Of a DNA stretch of 64,000 bases, positions 20,511 to 30,198 are shown one piece after another (position 1 is the stretch's first letter; each line of letters starts with the position of its first letter). A program made the position numbers and the translations under genes. The stretch is from assembly GCA_963790205.1 (NCBI GenBank), contig CAWBNQ010000003.1, positions 320,001 to 384,000 of the forward strand. The letters run 5' to 3'. The notes below the pieces were generated by a model. That model saw only the letters and a program-made list of their open reading frames with translations. It had not been told where the DNA came from and searched no databases. The DNA comes from Nitrospirota bacterium (lineage in GTDB: Bacteria > Nitrospirota > UBA9217).

Positions 20511-21113
20511 ATGAAACTGAAACCGCTGCATGATTGGGCCGTGATAGTGCCATCGGAGGCGGAATCCAGGACCGCCGGCGGATTGTATATTCCCGATTCG
20601 GCCAAGGAGAAACCCGAGGAGGGGGTGGTTGAGGCCATCGGGCCGGGCGCCTACGAAGAAAAGAAACACGGCAAAAAAAAGGACGAGAAAAAAGAACGCA
20701 AGTTCATCCCTGCGACGGTGAAGCCCGGGGACCACGTCCTTTATGAGCGCTATGCCGGACAGACCTATACGATCGATAACGAGGAGCGCATCCTCGTGCG
20801 CGAACGCGATATCCTGGGCCATATTGAGAGGCCCCTCCAGATTCCGCCTGTTACAACGTCGCGATCAGCAACGGCCATCATGGAGCGTCCGGCCCCGTCA
20901 CCGCTGATGAACGTGCCGCAGAAGAAGGCGGCAGCCGGCACCGTAAAAAGAAAGGCAAAGAAGGCTGCAAAAGCGCCTGTTAAGAAGGCCGTTAAAAAGA
21001 AAACCGCCAGGAAGACCGTTAAAAAAGCGGCGGCGAAAAAAGCAAAAAGAGCTGCAAAGCCCGCCAAGGCCCGCTCGTCGAAAGTCAAAAAATCAGGCAA
21101 AAAAAAGAAATAG
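20511..21113 (+). CDS. groES: Co-chaperonin GroES with Lys/Ala-rich C-terminal extension
   Basis: MKLKPLHD, TAGGLYIPDSAKEKP, VKPGDHVLY, RERDILG; about 95 extra residues. Confidence 0.85.
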   Translation: MKLKPLHDWAVIVPSEAESRTAGGLYIPDSAKEKPEEGVVEAIGPGAYEEKKHGKKKDEKKERKFIPATVKPGDHVLYERYAGQTYTIDNEERILVRERDILGHIERPLQIPPVTTSRSATAIMERPAPSPLMNVPQKKAAAGTVKRKAKKAAKAPVKKAVKKKTARKTVKKAAAKKAKRAAKPAKARSSKVKKSGKKKK

Positions 21114-21131
21114 AAGAACGCAAGGTGAATC

Positions 21132-21731
21132 GTGGAAGACGAAAGCGCGGTACGCGAAAAAAAGATCATTGCCATCCTGGACCAAGAGCTCGACGACGGC
21201 GAGAGCCTGGCCGCCGCGGCCCGGAAGACGGTCGAATATCTTTTGCTCGAAAAGAAGGGTTATGCGCGTGAAGAGGTGCGGAAACAGGTGGTCTTCGAAG
21301 TGATCCTCGGACAGGAGACCACGCATTCTTCCGTGGATTTTCTCGTTACCGTCGAGGGGAAGAAGGCAATGGTCATCAAGTGCGCCTCGGGCTCTCTTTC
21401 GTCCCGGGAACGCCAGGCCGTGGCAGCCGCGCGTCTGCTCGGCTCACCGCCTATACCGATCGCGGTGGTCGCCGACCCAACGACTGCGGAGGTCCTGGAC
21501 GTTATGACGGGCAAGGTCGTCGGTGAAGGCTTCGGCGCCATCCCGGTCCGGGAGCAGATCCTCGCCGTGCTGTCGGAAAAGGAACCAAAACCCCTGTCGC
21601 CTGACCGGATCGAGAAGGAGAAGCGCATCCTGCTCGCCTTCGACGCCATCCGGTGCTCCGTTCCGCAAGGCGCGAACGGCGGGGTGCAGATCGGCCCCGA
21701 ACCGGGAAAGCAAGAAAAATCTCAATGCTGA
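21132..21731 (+). CDS. Type I restriction HsdR N-terminal-like (PD-(D/E)XK fold) protein
   Basis: LLLEKKGY...VDFLV...MVIKC...RQAVAAARL pattern. Confidence 0.6.
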   Translation: MEDESAVREKKIIAILDQELDDGESLAAAARKTVEYLLLEKKGYAREEVRKQVVFEVILGQETTHSSVDFLVTVEGKKAMVIKCASGSLSSRERQAVAAARLLGSPPIPIAVVADPTTAEVLDVMTGKVVGEGFGAIPVREQILAVLSEKEPKPLSPDRIEKEKRILLAFDAIRCSVPQGANGGVQIGPEPGKQEKSQC

Positions 21732-21735
21732 TCTC

Positions 21736-21836
21736 TCTCGCAAAGCCGCAAAGAACGCAAAGGAACCTTGTCATTCTTTAAAGCCATACGCCATTCTGCC
21801 TTAAACCTTTGCGACCTCTGCGTCTCTGCGCGAGAA
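21736..21836. repeat. 9-nt-period inverted intergenic repeat
   Basis: cgcaaagcc/cgcaaagaa units facing ctttgcgac/ctctgcgtc units. Confidence 0.7.
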
Positions 21837-21885
21837 TGATCTCTGTTTTGTACATTCGCATATCTTTTTATCGTCACTTCCTCCC

Positions 21886-22743
21886 ATGACCCAGATAACC
21901 GAAGAGACCTTCGAACAGACCATCAAATCCTTTATCCGGGCGGAACAGATCGACCTCAGCGGCGTTTCCTTCATCGACCCCTACGGCATGCTGGGGCTCC
22001 TCGAGATCGGAGAACTCTGCATGCTGGAGGACGTGAGAAAGACCGTCATCCTTCCGCGGTCCGGCGAGGTGCTCAAGTATCTCGACCGGATGGATTTTTT
22101 CAGCCATGCAAGGCGATATTTCTCTTTGGAGCACCCGGCTGAGGACGTGGCCGGAAAATATCAACGGAGCGCGGATTCCGATGTTCTCCTCGAGATCACG
22201 CCGATCGAAAAAGCGAACGACATCCACTTCATCGTCGGGAAGGTGAGGGACCGCGCGCAGGCCATCCTCGCGACCCACCTGCGCTACGACGAGCGGGCCG
22301 TCAACGGCTTCATCGTGGCCCTGTCCGAGGTCTGTCAGAACATCGTCGAGCACAGCGAGAACAAGGGGTTCGTGGGCATCCAGAAGTACCGGTATCAGAG
22401 CCTGAATAAAAATATCGTGAAGATCGCGGTCATGGACGTCGGCATCGGGTTCAGGAAGTCGCTTTCAGGGAGGTTCAAGCTGCGCGGCGATCTTGACGCT
22501 ATTGACAAGGCGCTCCTGCACGGCGCCTCACGCTATGAAGACGAGGGCAGGGGCCACGGTCTGGCCGCAGTCCGGCGCTTTGTCACGCAGTGGAACGGCA
22601 AACTCTCCATCCGCTCGGGCACGGCCCGGCTCTCCATCATTCCTCCATGGTCGCGCGGCAGGGAACAGGAGCGGGGCCTCATCTCCTTCCCCGGAGCGCA
22701 AATTAATATTCTCCTTCCGGAAGTGGCGCTTACCACCCCTTAA
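21886..22743 (+). CDS. STAS-like + GHKL (anti-sigma-kinase-like) ATP-binding protein
   Basis: IDLSGVSFIDP STAS-like motif; ALSEVCQNIVEHS N-box, DVGIGF, GRGHGL. Confidence 0.8.
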   Translation: MTQITEETFEQTIKSFIRAEQIDLSGVSFIDPYGMLGLLEIGELCMLEDVRKTVILPRSGEVLKYLDRMDFFSHARRYFSLEHPAEDVAGKYQRSADSDVLLEITPIEKANDIHFIVGKVRDRAQAILATHLRYDERAVNGFIVALSEVCQNIVEHSENKGFVGIQKYRYQSLNKNIVKIAVMDVGIGFRKSLSGRFKLRGDLDAIDKALLHGASRYEDEGRGHGLAAVRRFVTQWNGKLSIRSGTARLSIIPPWSRGREQERGLISFPGAQINILLPEVALTTP

Positions 22744-22968
22744 TCCCCTCTTGGATATCGAAGGATAAGCCGTTTAGCAATTGTCCCGAATTTTTATATT
22801 TATAGTTGTCATTAGCATATGATTTTGTTACACTCGCAGGCGTGATGACTGAAAATCTCATCAGAAAGAAACCTCAGATATGTCAACTCGATCATTCTCG
22901 CGACAAATTTGCCTATATGATTGAGTTGTCCGGATGGAGATTGCAGATTCTTAACAGGAGGGGGACTC

Positions 22969-25900
22969 ATGAACTATTCTGTTCTGGAGAGCATAAATGG
23001 GAGAAGCACAAAACATAATGTGCCTGCTCACATACCAGCCGTTATCGCTGCAATCGTTTTATTCCTTTTGCTGGCAGGTGTTATCGCTACTGACGCAAGG
23101 GCTGCGGATACGGACAAACTGGTTATCGATATCGATAAAGCCCAATTAAACATTCAGTTCGAACCGGACTTCAAATCTTATCACAGCATTTTTGGCAGCA
23201 TGTTCCTCGGGGGGACATATTCGGTAAAAGACTGGGAAGTAAAACAATACACCCCGACACAATATCATGTCCGCCTTAAGTCGTGGAGGGATATGTTCTG
23301 GAGTATCGACTCTGAACAAAAAAAGATATGGCGCATGAAGGGCGCCGATTTAACTGCCGCCGGGAGCGAGGCGCAATTATTGGATGATATTACGGTGAAT
23401 ATACTGCACAACAGATTCACCAAGAAGGGAGTACCTCTTGATGTGCCCAGCTTCGGCCCAAACTCGTTGAATAATAACCGAGCCAGGGATGTTCAAAAAG
23501 ACGATACCGATATCGTCCAAAAGACATCGATATCCCTGACAATGACATCACCGAGATTGATTCTTGACCAGCAGGCCGGCTCGGTGCTCGTTGTTGCGGG
23601 GGGTGCTGTTATATCAGGCGCCGATGCCTGGGAAGTGCGGCATGTCAACAAGAATACCTATCATATGCGCTATAAGCCGAGACAGCAGATGCAGCATGAT
23701 TATTGGCAACTTGACTTGACTTCAATGACCGCGGATTATGCGATAGGAGATACCTTTGGTTTTCCCAACGGGAAGTTTATCGGCATTTCAAAAACTATGT
23801 ATAGGGAACGTGCCAATGGTTCGTCGGAGCAGAATGAAATTCCGGTCGACCTGACCATGGCTCGCTATAGCGGAGACCATCCCAAGTCAGCATGGCAGGA
23901 GTCAGAGAAGGCCCTCAATACGGCGGTTTTGAGCAAATACTCCTATGATGTATTGGTCGTTCCTTTTCAGGTAAGCGGATACGCCATTGATCGCGTCGAT
24001 CGCTCCCTGATGACTCGGTATCTTGCCCGCGAGATAGAAAACTCCACGAAAATGAAATTGCCGAGCCCCACGCTGGTGGCGCGCGCTTTGGGAGAAACGT
24101 ACAGGACCTTCGATGACTATGATGTCTTTCAACTTGCCAACAAACTGGGAGTGAAGCAGATCATCCGGGGATATGTAGGTCATAACCTGAATGAGAAAAT
24201 GAGCGTCACCCTGGTCGTGCAGACCCGGAATGAGCAGGAATACTTTTCTCCCGCCACAAAGACAGTGAAATATACGTGGCGCGACATCGAAATTTCAGAC
24301 GAGCGCACGCCTGGAGAAGCATTCGCGAGCATTCTGCACGACGTAACGGCGCGGCTTCAACTTCCCAAAGTCAAAAAAGATGCTTCCGTACAGCAGGACG
24401 AACCTCCCGCGGTACCGGCGGGAATCAAGGGACTTGTGGTCAATAGTTCATCGTCTCCGGCAGTACGGGCATACTATCTGCAGCTTCTCGGCTTGTTGTA
24501 TCCTGAGCAGTCCGCGGCAAAGGAGCAACTGTTCGAACGTTCTTTGGTGGTGCTTCGCGAAATGCTGCCGCAATCACCTTCATACAACGTACTCAAAGCA
24601 CGCGCCTTATTCCATCTCTATCGTCGCCCAGCAGCGATAGCCGTTCTGGCTAATCCGAAAAGCGCTGAGGAAAAGGCGCTATCTGCCGTTATGGACGGGA
24701 ATTTGCAATTACTGAACAAAAACATGAAGGACATCAAGGGAGGCATCCCGCGGCTCATTGCACAGATAGAACATTCGGATTTACTCTGGCGGTATAGTCC
24801 CGATCAGGCACTCAGCGAATCTACGGACCCTATCATAAAACAATGGCCCGGCTGGGAGAAGATTCTTGCCCGGCGGCTAAGTCAGCGGGACGGGTGGAAC
24901 ATCCAATCAAACGTGGAGGTAAAAAAGGAGCTTGATCGTATTTTTCCGATCATAGGTTTTACGGCCGCGGATATTATTAAAAGTAAAATGGCAATCGGCG
25001 AATTGCCGATAGACGATGACGATATAGACTTTTCGGTTTATAATCACTATCGGCGCATGATGGAAAATCGACCCGAGGTGCTATCGACGAATGAATCCTC
25101 CGGCATCGTGGACCGTGATATTCTCGACCTCATGGTTGCGATGGGTGAGTCCAATCTTGTTAAAAAGATCGAGTTGCGGCGCATGCAGGCGCTCTATGAT
25201 GAAATGCTAAAACTCGCAGATCGATATAACACAGTCTACGACGGATATCCGAAAATGGCCTATCTCAAAGCATTTGCACTCTATCGGATCGCTGATTCGA
25301 AGCAGGGACAGGCGCAAAAGAATCTTCGTGAAGAGGCGAATCAGCTCCAGGGAAAGGTATGCTATTGGTCGCAAGGCCAGACTGACGTTACTTCCAATAG
25401 AAGCTGTTCAGGGAATAATATTTATGATGCCGATTATCCTCGTCGCTGGTATTGGGAGTTTTCGAGAGACCCCGATGATTTGGCGGACAGAAAGTACCGG
25501 GGGCCCGAGGGGATTGAGCAACGGGGCAATATCGCAATTACGCGTTTCGACAGAAAGAAAATCATGAATTATGAGCTTTCTCTTTTATATACTCAAACTG
25601 ACTTTTCCAGATTTACGTCTTATTATGATGAGTTGCAATCGGTGCACATGGATGACGAAGCTGTTGCACTTCTGGAAAAGAACAAGCGTCGATTTGTCGG
25701 TAACCCCTCGCAAACTTCATTCTATGCCCATGCTGCTGAAAAGGAAGGCAATATGCAGCGCGCCAGATCGATCTATGAAGAGGATATCGCTCTCCAGCCC
25801 AACAGTTGGGCCGCATACTCTGGCCTCAGTTCATTACTGATACGACAGGGAGATTTCAAAACCGCGTCGGAAACCGCCCTGAAGTATCCCTTGTTTTCAG

Positions 25901-27216
25901 TTCCCCCGGATCGAAGAGATCAACCGGGAATCGATACGGTTGCACTTTCTAATTATGCAGTTCATATCGGGCGTGATCTCTGGTGGACCGGTGCAGCAGA
26001 GGAGGCAAGGCCGCTGCTCAGATTGTCCGCGAGCTACGATACCGGTTCAGGTGCCGAAATGTGGAGCACGGCCATGTTGGCCCTGCTGGATCATGACTTT
26101 GGAAAAGCTGCGCAAATGTCCCTGACCGAGGCAAGACGCTATGATTCAAGAGATGCTTATAGCGAGTACATGAAGCTTCTTCATATGATGGGTTATCACG
26201 ATGAAGCATGGTCTGCATTCACGCAGATTCAACAACTCTCACATGGTGGCATGGACTGGAGTCCGGTATTGCTCGGCCTTCGGATGGAAGGGAAGACCAC
26301 TGACGAACAGCTGCAGTGGCTCAAGAAGCAGCCGGTTGCCGCGCTTACCCCTCAGGATGCCGTCGATTTCTCCTTTTTTGCCTACACGGTTGACCGCAAG
26401 CCGGAAATAAATCTTTCGAAAAAACTGCATTCAATTCGAGAACAGATAGAAGAGTCAAAAACCGGATCGAAGGCGCCGGCACCTCCGAAATTTCAACCGC
26501 GACCTCAAATCGCAGGAGCGCCGAGTGAGGAGTTTATTAAAAAACGCTTCGCAGATCCGCTGGAAACACTTTCAGACGGTTATGCCCTTCTCAAGGAGCG
26601 CCAATTCTCAGATGCTTACGAAAAACTCAAGGGAAGATTCCTGGGTGACTGGATAAAAGAGGGTATGTTCAGTTTTGCTATTCCTTACCTTGCCTGGAGT
26701 GCCGTGAAGAGCGGCAAGGCACCGGAAATCGAGTCCTATCTCGCCGACTATAGGAAGGAACTGGGTGACGATTTCGATTATTATCTGTCGCAGGCGTTTC
26801 TGTCCGCAGGCAGGAAAGACCATCAGGGGGCGATCAGGAATCTGGAGTCGGCCCGATATCATGGGAGTATTTTTAATGGTAAGCGTCTTTTTTCGGTATG
26901 GTATCAGTTGACGGAAAGCTGCGAGTGGCTGTACGAGGATTCGAAGTATGAAGGGTATCGGGAACTGTTGCTGAAGTTTGCAAGGCTCCGTCAGACGATC
27001 CGGCCGATGGATTCCTGGGCTTATTCGTTCGAAGCGAAGTATACGAAATCTGAATCGGATCGTATCCGGGCATTAGCTATCACTCTTTATTTAGACAAGC
27101 AATCAGAACGAATAGCACATTTTTCAACGAAACAAAAAAATCAGGCACTCGAGTGGCTAAAAGAAAATAACCCTTTCCTTTTAAATCAGAAAGGAGCGAC
27201 CCAGCGGGATATATAG
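22969..27216 (+). CDS. Large exported multidomain TPR protein (about 1415 aa)
   Basis: Uninterrupted 4.2 kb ORF with GGAGG RBS; signal/TM segment, duplicated beta domain, CsgG/TolB-N-like segment, TPR-like helices. Confidence 0.75.
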   Translation: MNYSVLESINGRSTKHNVPAHIPAVIAAIVLFLLLAGVIATDARAADTDKLVIDIDKAQLNIQFEPDFKSYHSIFGSMFLGGTYSVKDWEVKQYTPTQYHVRLKSWRDMFWSIDSEQKKIWRMKGADLTAAGSEAQLLDDITVNILHNRFTKKGVPLDVPSFGPNSLNNNRARDVQKDDTDIVQKTSISLTMTSPRLILDQQAGSVLVVAGGAVISGADAWEVRHVNKNTYHMRYKPRQQMQHDYWQLDLTSMTADYAIGDTFGFPNGKFIGISKTMYRERANGSSEQNEIPVDLTMARYSGDHPKSAWQESEKALNTAVLSKYSYDVLVVPFQVSGYAIDRVDRSLMTRYLAREIENSTKMKLPSPTLVARALGETYRTFDDYDVFQLANKLGVKQIIRGYVGHNLNEKMSVTLVVQTRNEQEYFSPATKTVKYTWRDIEISDERTPGEAFASILHDVTARLQLPKVKKDASVQQDEPPAVPAGIKGLVVNSSSSPAVRAYYLQLLGLLYPEQSAAKEQLFERSLVVLREMLPQSPSYNVLKARALFHLYRRPAAIAVLANPKSAEEKALSAVMDGNLQLLNKNMKDIKGGIPRLIAQIEHSDLLWRYSPDQALSESTDPIIKQWPGWEKILARRLSQRDGWNIQSNVEVKKELDRIFPIIGFTAADIIKSKMAIGELPIDDDDIDFSVYNHYRRMMENRPEVLSTNESSGIVDRDILDLMVAMGESNLVKKIELRRMQALYDEMLKLADRYNTVYDGYPKMAYLKAFALYRIADSKQGQAQKNLREEANQLQGKVCYWSQGQTDVTSNRSCSGNNIYDADYPRRWYWEFSRDPDDLADRKYRGPEGIEQRGNIAITRFDRKKIMNYELSLLYTQTDFSRFTSYYDELQSVHMDDEAVALLEKNKRRFVGNPSQTSFYAHAAEKEGNMQRARSIYEEDIALQPNSWAAYSGLSSLLIRQGDFKTASETALKYPLFSVPPDRRDQPGIDTVALSNYAVHIGRDLWWTGAAEEARPLLRLSASYDTGSGAEMWSTAMLALLDHDFGKAAQMSLTEARRYDSRDAYSEYMKLLHMMGYHDEAWSAFTQIQQLSHGGMDWSPVLLGLRMEGKTTDEQLQWLKKQPVAALTPQDAVDFSFFAYTVDRKPEINLSKKLHSIREQIEESKTGSKAPAPPKFQPRPQIAGAPSEEFIKKRFADPLETLSDGYALLKERQFSDAYEKLKGRFLGDWIKEGMFSFAIPYLAWSAVKSGKAPEIESYLADYRKELGDDFDYYLSQAFLSAGRKDHQGAIRNLESARYHGSIFNGKRLFSVWYQLTESCEWLYEDSKYEGYRELLLKFARLRQTIRPMDSWAYSFEAKYTKSESDRIRALAITLYLDKQSERIAHFSTKQKNQALEWLKENNPFLLNQKGATQRDI

Positions 27217-27434
27217 AAACAAGGGTCGCCGATAATGTCCAGGCACGATGTAATGTTGGTAAGGGCGACCGTTAATAATTATTATTTTTTCATTGTAATG
27301 GAATATTTTTTCTTCCTGCACGAGGTTTTACAAACTCGTGCAGGAAGTGTAGGTGAGCCACCCTCCCAAAAGTGTAAGTTCATTACCCAGCCCCATAAAG
27401 TGCCGCAACCACGCCGTCCGGAATGAACGATCTA

Positions 27435-27463
27435 TTGACAACGCATAATTGACTTGGTAATAT
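27435..27463 (+). promoter_or_regulatory. Putative sigma70 promoter
   Basis: TTGACA-N17-TAATAT with TG extension. Confidence 0.5.
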
Positions 27464-27500
27464 GTTGCAACTTTTCGAAACTATTCAGAGGGGGAATGTC

Positions 27501-27899
27501 ATGAAAAGATTTATAGCAGGATTGTTCCTGGTTGCGGGTTTACTGTTTGCCATCGCGGCGTTTGCCAATGACACCGCGCCGCTTAGCACGCCAGAGTTGC
27601 AGAAGACAATTGGCGCGGGCAAGAAGAGCACGGTCGTGTTCTTCCTGAATCCGCAAGGCGGGCCGTGCAAGGCGCAGAACGAGATCCTTTTGAAGTTGCA
27701 GAAGGAGCGTAAGAACAATTTCAACATCGCCTACGTGAGCGCGCTCGAGCAGGCGAACCGGAAGGCGTTCTACGGTTACGGTGTCAGGAGCCTGCCGACC
27801 CTTGTGATCGTTGACAGCAACGGCAAGATCGCCAAGTATTTCCCGCCGGGCATCCAGCCCTACGAGGTCCTGACGGCGACCCTGGATGGAGTGAAATAG
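27501..27899 (+). CDS. Exported thioredoxin-fold protein (GGPC site)
   Basis: Signal peptide; GGPCK; YGVRSLPTLVIVDSNG cis-Pro loop. Confidence 0.8.
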   Translation: MKRFIAGLFLVAGLLFAIAAFANDTAPLSTPELQKTIGAGKKSTVVFFLNPQGGPCKAQNEILLKLQKERKNNFNIAYVSALEQANRKAFYGYGVRSLPTLVIVDSNGKIAKYFPPGIQPYEVLTATLDGVK

Positions 27900-28543
27900 T
27901 GGACTTGGGCGTTACGAATATCGGACTGGCAGTCGGCGCGGGCGTGGCGAGCGTGTTGTCGCCCTGCGTGCTGCCGGTTGTTCCCGTGATCATGGCAGGG
28001 GCGGAGCGGGAGGACCGCATCCGCCCTCTGCTCGTCGTGCTCGGCCTGTCCCTGATGTTCATGATCATGGGCGCGGTGTCGTCGCTCTTCGGCGCGCTTT
28101 TGGTCGGCCGCACGCGGTACCTCGAAGTAGCCGGTGCGGCAATTATTCTGCTCATGGGCTTCGTGGTCCTCTTCGATGTCAACATTTTTAAGAGACTCTA
28201 CCGCCTCTCCAGCATTCGGGTGAAGGGCGAGGGCAGGTTCTCGGGGTTCGTGCTCGGCATGGCCCTGGGTCTCGTCTGGGTCCCCTGCATCGGCCCGTTC
28301 CTCTCCAGCATTCTCGCCATGGTCGGCACGAGCGGCGAGATTGCAAAGGGCATCATCCTGCTCGGATTTTACTCCCTCGGCCTCGCAATCCCGATGCTGC
28401 TTGTCGCGTATTCATCCCACTTCCTGCAGCGAAAGCTCAGGGCCTTGTCGCAGCACGAAGCGGCATTCCGCTATGTGACCGGCGGCATCCTCATCGCCTT
28501 CGGCCTCTATGCTATTCTGGTCGGCAACTTCGCGTTCTCTTGA
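27899..28543 (+). CDS. ccdA: CcdA/DsbD-type transmembrane electron transporter
   Basis: LSPCVLPVVP and WVPCIGP motifs; about 6 TM. Confidence 0.9.
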   Translation: MDLGVTNIGLAVGAGVASVLSPCVLPVVPVIMAGAEREDRIRPLLVVLGLSLMFMIMGAVSSLFGALLVGRTRYLEVAGAAIILLMGFVVLFDVNIFKRLYRLSSIRVKGEGRFSGFVLGMALGLVWVPCIGPFLSSILAMVGTSGEIAKGIILLGFYSLGLAIPMLLVAYSSHFLQRKLRALSQHEAAFRYVTGGILIAFGLYAILVGNFAFS

Positions 28544-28672
28544 ATCATCGTCTTTCCACAATTCTCATCTCCTTGATTTACCGTCCATAATTCCGTCAGA
28601 AATTTCCCCTTGACAAAACCTTCAGAATGTGGTTCAATTGAATCAATTGAACGGCGTCCGGGCGGAGGTTTC

Positions 28673-29215
28673 GTGAAACCCATCGTCACTGCGGAAGACC
28701 TTGAGAGTAAAATCTACCTGGTTCGCGGGCAGAAGGTGATGCTCGACGGCGATCTGGCGGAACTCTATGAGGTTGAGGTTAAACAGCTCAAGAGACAGGT
28801 CAGAAGAAACATTGATCGCTTTCCGACGGATTTCATGTTTCAACTGTCGCAAGATGACTACGATTCTTTAAGGCGCCATTTTGGCACCTTAAAAAGAGGG
28901 GAACATTCAAAATATTTGCCTTACGTTTTTACAGAACAAGGCGTCGCCATGCTGTCCAGCGTTCTTAACAGCAAGAGGGCTGTACAAGTAAACATTCAGA
29001 TCATGCGGGCCTTTGTCAGGCTTCGGGAGATGATCTCTTCGAACAAAGAATTGGCCAAACGGCTCGACGAACTGGAAAAGAAATACGACTCCCAATTCAG
29101 GGTGGTCTTCGATGCAATACGCGCTCTCGTGGCGGTGCCGGCACCGAAGGAAAAGAAGATAGGATTTCTAGTCAAAGAAAGCGGACTCCATACAGAAAAG
29201 GTAGCGGGGAAATGA
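28673..29215 (+). CDS. ORF6N-domain DNA-binding protein
   Basis: [44 protein letters not shown]. Confidence 0.92.
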   Translation: MKPIVTAEDLESKIYLVRGQKVMLDGDLAELYEVEVKQLKRQVRRNIDRFPTDFMFQLSQDDYDSLRRHFGTLKRGEHSKYLPYVFTEQGVAMLSSVLNSKRAVQVNIQIMRAFVRLREMISSNKELAKRLDELEKKYDSQFRVVFDAIRALVAVPAPKEKKIGFLVKESGLHTEKVAGK

Positions 29216-29278
29216 AGAGTACGATCAATTAGGTTTTGCTAAACGAAGTTCCGTAGGTTGGGCTGAACGTCCCTCTTC

Positions 29279-29871
29279 GCTGGTTCAATCTTGTAGATTG
29301 AACCAAAACATTAAAAGGCGCTGATATGCCGTCCGTCAGGGTGTCGAAAGAACTGAAAGAAGAAATATACTTTCTGACCTTCACGGTGCATCGCTGGTAC
29401 TATCTGTTCGACCGGCATAACCGACGGGACCTCCTGATTGACTCGCTGAAGTACTGCCTGGCAAACAAAGGCTTGAGGATATATAATTTTGTATTTATGT
29501 TAAACCACATTCACCTGATTGCTCAAAGCAAGGACATGGTCGGCTTCATCAGGGACTTCAAGACGTTTACATCGAAGGCGATCAGGGAGAACATAGCTGC
29601 GAACGAGCCTCATATCCTCAAGCTGTTTGAAAAGAGCGGCGCTTATCATTTCTGGCAAAAAACGAATATGCCGGAAATCATCAGGACTGAGGATTTCTAT
29701 CTGACCAAGGCGCGATACATAGAGCAGAATCCGGTTCGGAAACACTATGTCAACAGAGCGGAGGATTGGGTCTATTCTTCGGCAAATAGAGAGGAATGGG
29801 GGCTGATGCTGGACGGCCTTTTATGATGAATGTGGTTAATGGGGTGGTCCAATCTGCAAGATTGAACCAGC
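29279..29871 (+). mobile_element. RAYT (REP-associated tyrosine transposase) unit bounded by inverted REP-like hairpins
   Basis: 27-nt inverted repeats at 29279-29305 and 29845-29871 (2 mismatches), each self-palindromic. Confidence 0.75.
29326..29826 (+). CDS. REP-associated tyrosine transposase (IS200/Y1 HUH family)
   Basis: YFLTFTV, MLNHIHLI (HUH), FWQ, YIEQNPVR, WVYSSA. Confidence 0.9.
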   Translation: MPSVRVSKELKEEIYFLTFTVHRWYYLFDRHNRRDLLIDSLKYCLANKGLRIYNFVFMLNHIHLIAQSKDMVGFIRDFKTFTSKAIRENIAANEPHILKLFEKSGAYHFWQKTNMPEIIRTEDFYLTKARYIEQNPVRKHYVNRAEDWVYSSANREEWGLMLDGLL

Positions 29872-29892
29872 AAAATAATGGAACTAACACGG

Positions 29893-30198
29893 ATGAGATA
29901 TGCACTTATAAATGGAGAAAAAGTTGAAGCCCGGCCAAAAACTAAAGGCATTTGTCCACATTGCCAGTCAGAAACGATTGCAAAGTGTGGACGAGTTAAA
30001 GTTTGGCATTGGTCGCACAAAGGAAATTCTCCCTGTGATCCATGGTGGGAGTCGGAAACAGAATGGCATCGAGAATGGAAAGATCAGTTTCCGAAAGAAT
30101 GGCAAGAAGTCTCGCATGTTGATCCTGTTACCGGAGAGCAACATATTGCTGATGTGAAAAGTCCATTTGGACTGGTATCGGGGTGGACCTCGACGTAA
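29893..30198 (+). pseudogene. CoiA-like competence protein, 3'-truncated
   Basis: CPHC...AKCG...WHWSH...CDPWWESETEWH...HIADV, ending before the expected IEFQ motif. Confidence 0.7.

Noticed and set aside
21720..21836. Cys-TGA at the end of the HsdR-N-like gene as selenocysteine read-through
   Set aside because: Downstream hairpin is the 9-mer repeat family found elsewhere, not a SECIS, and the read-through peptide is repeat-derived
28673..29215. ORF6N gene as evidence of a prophage
   Set aside because: Isolated ORF6N genes are common; no structural, replication or integrase genes nearby
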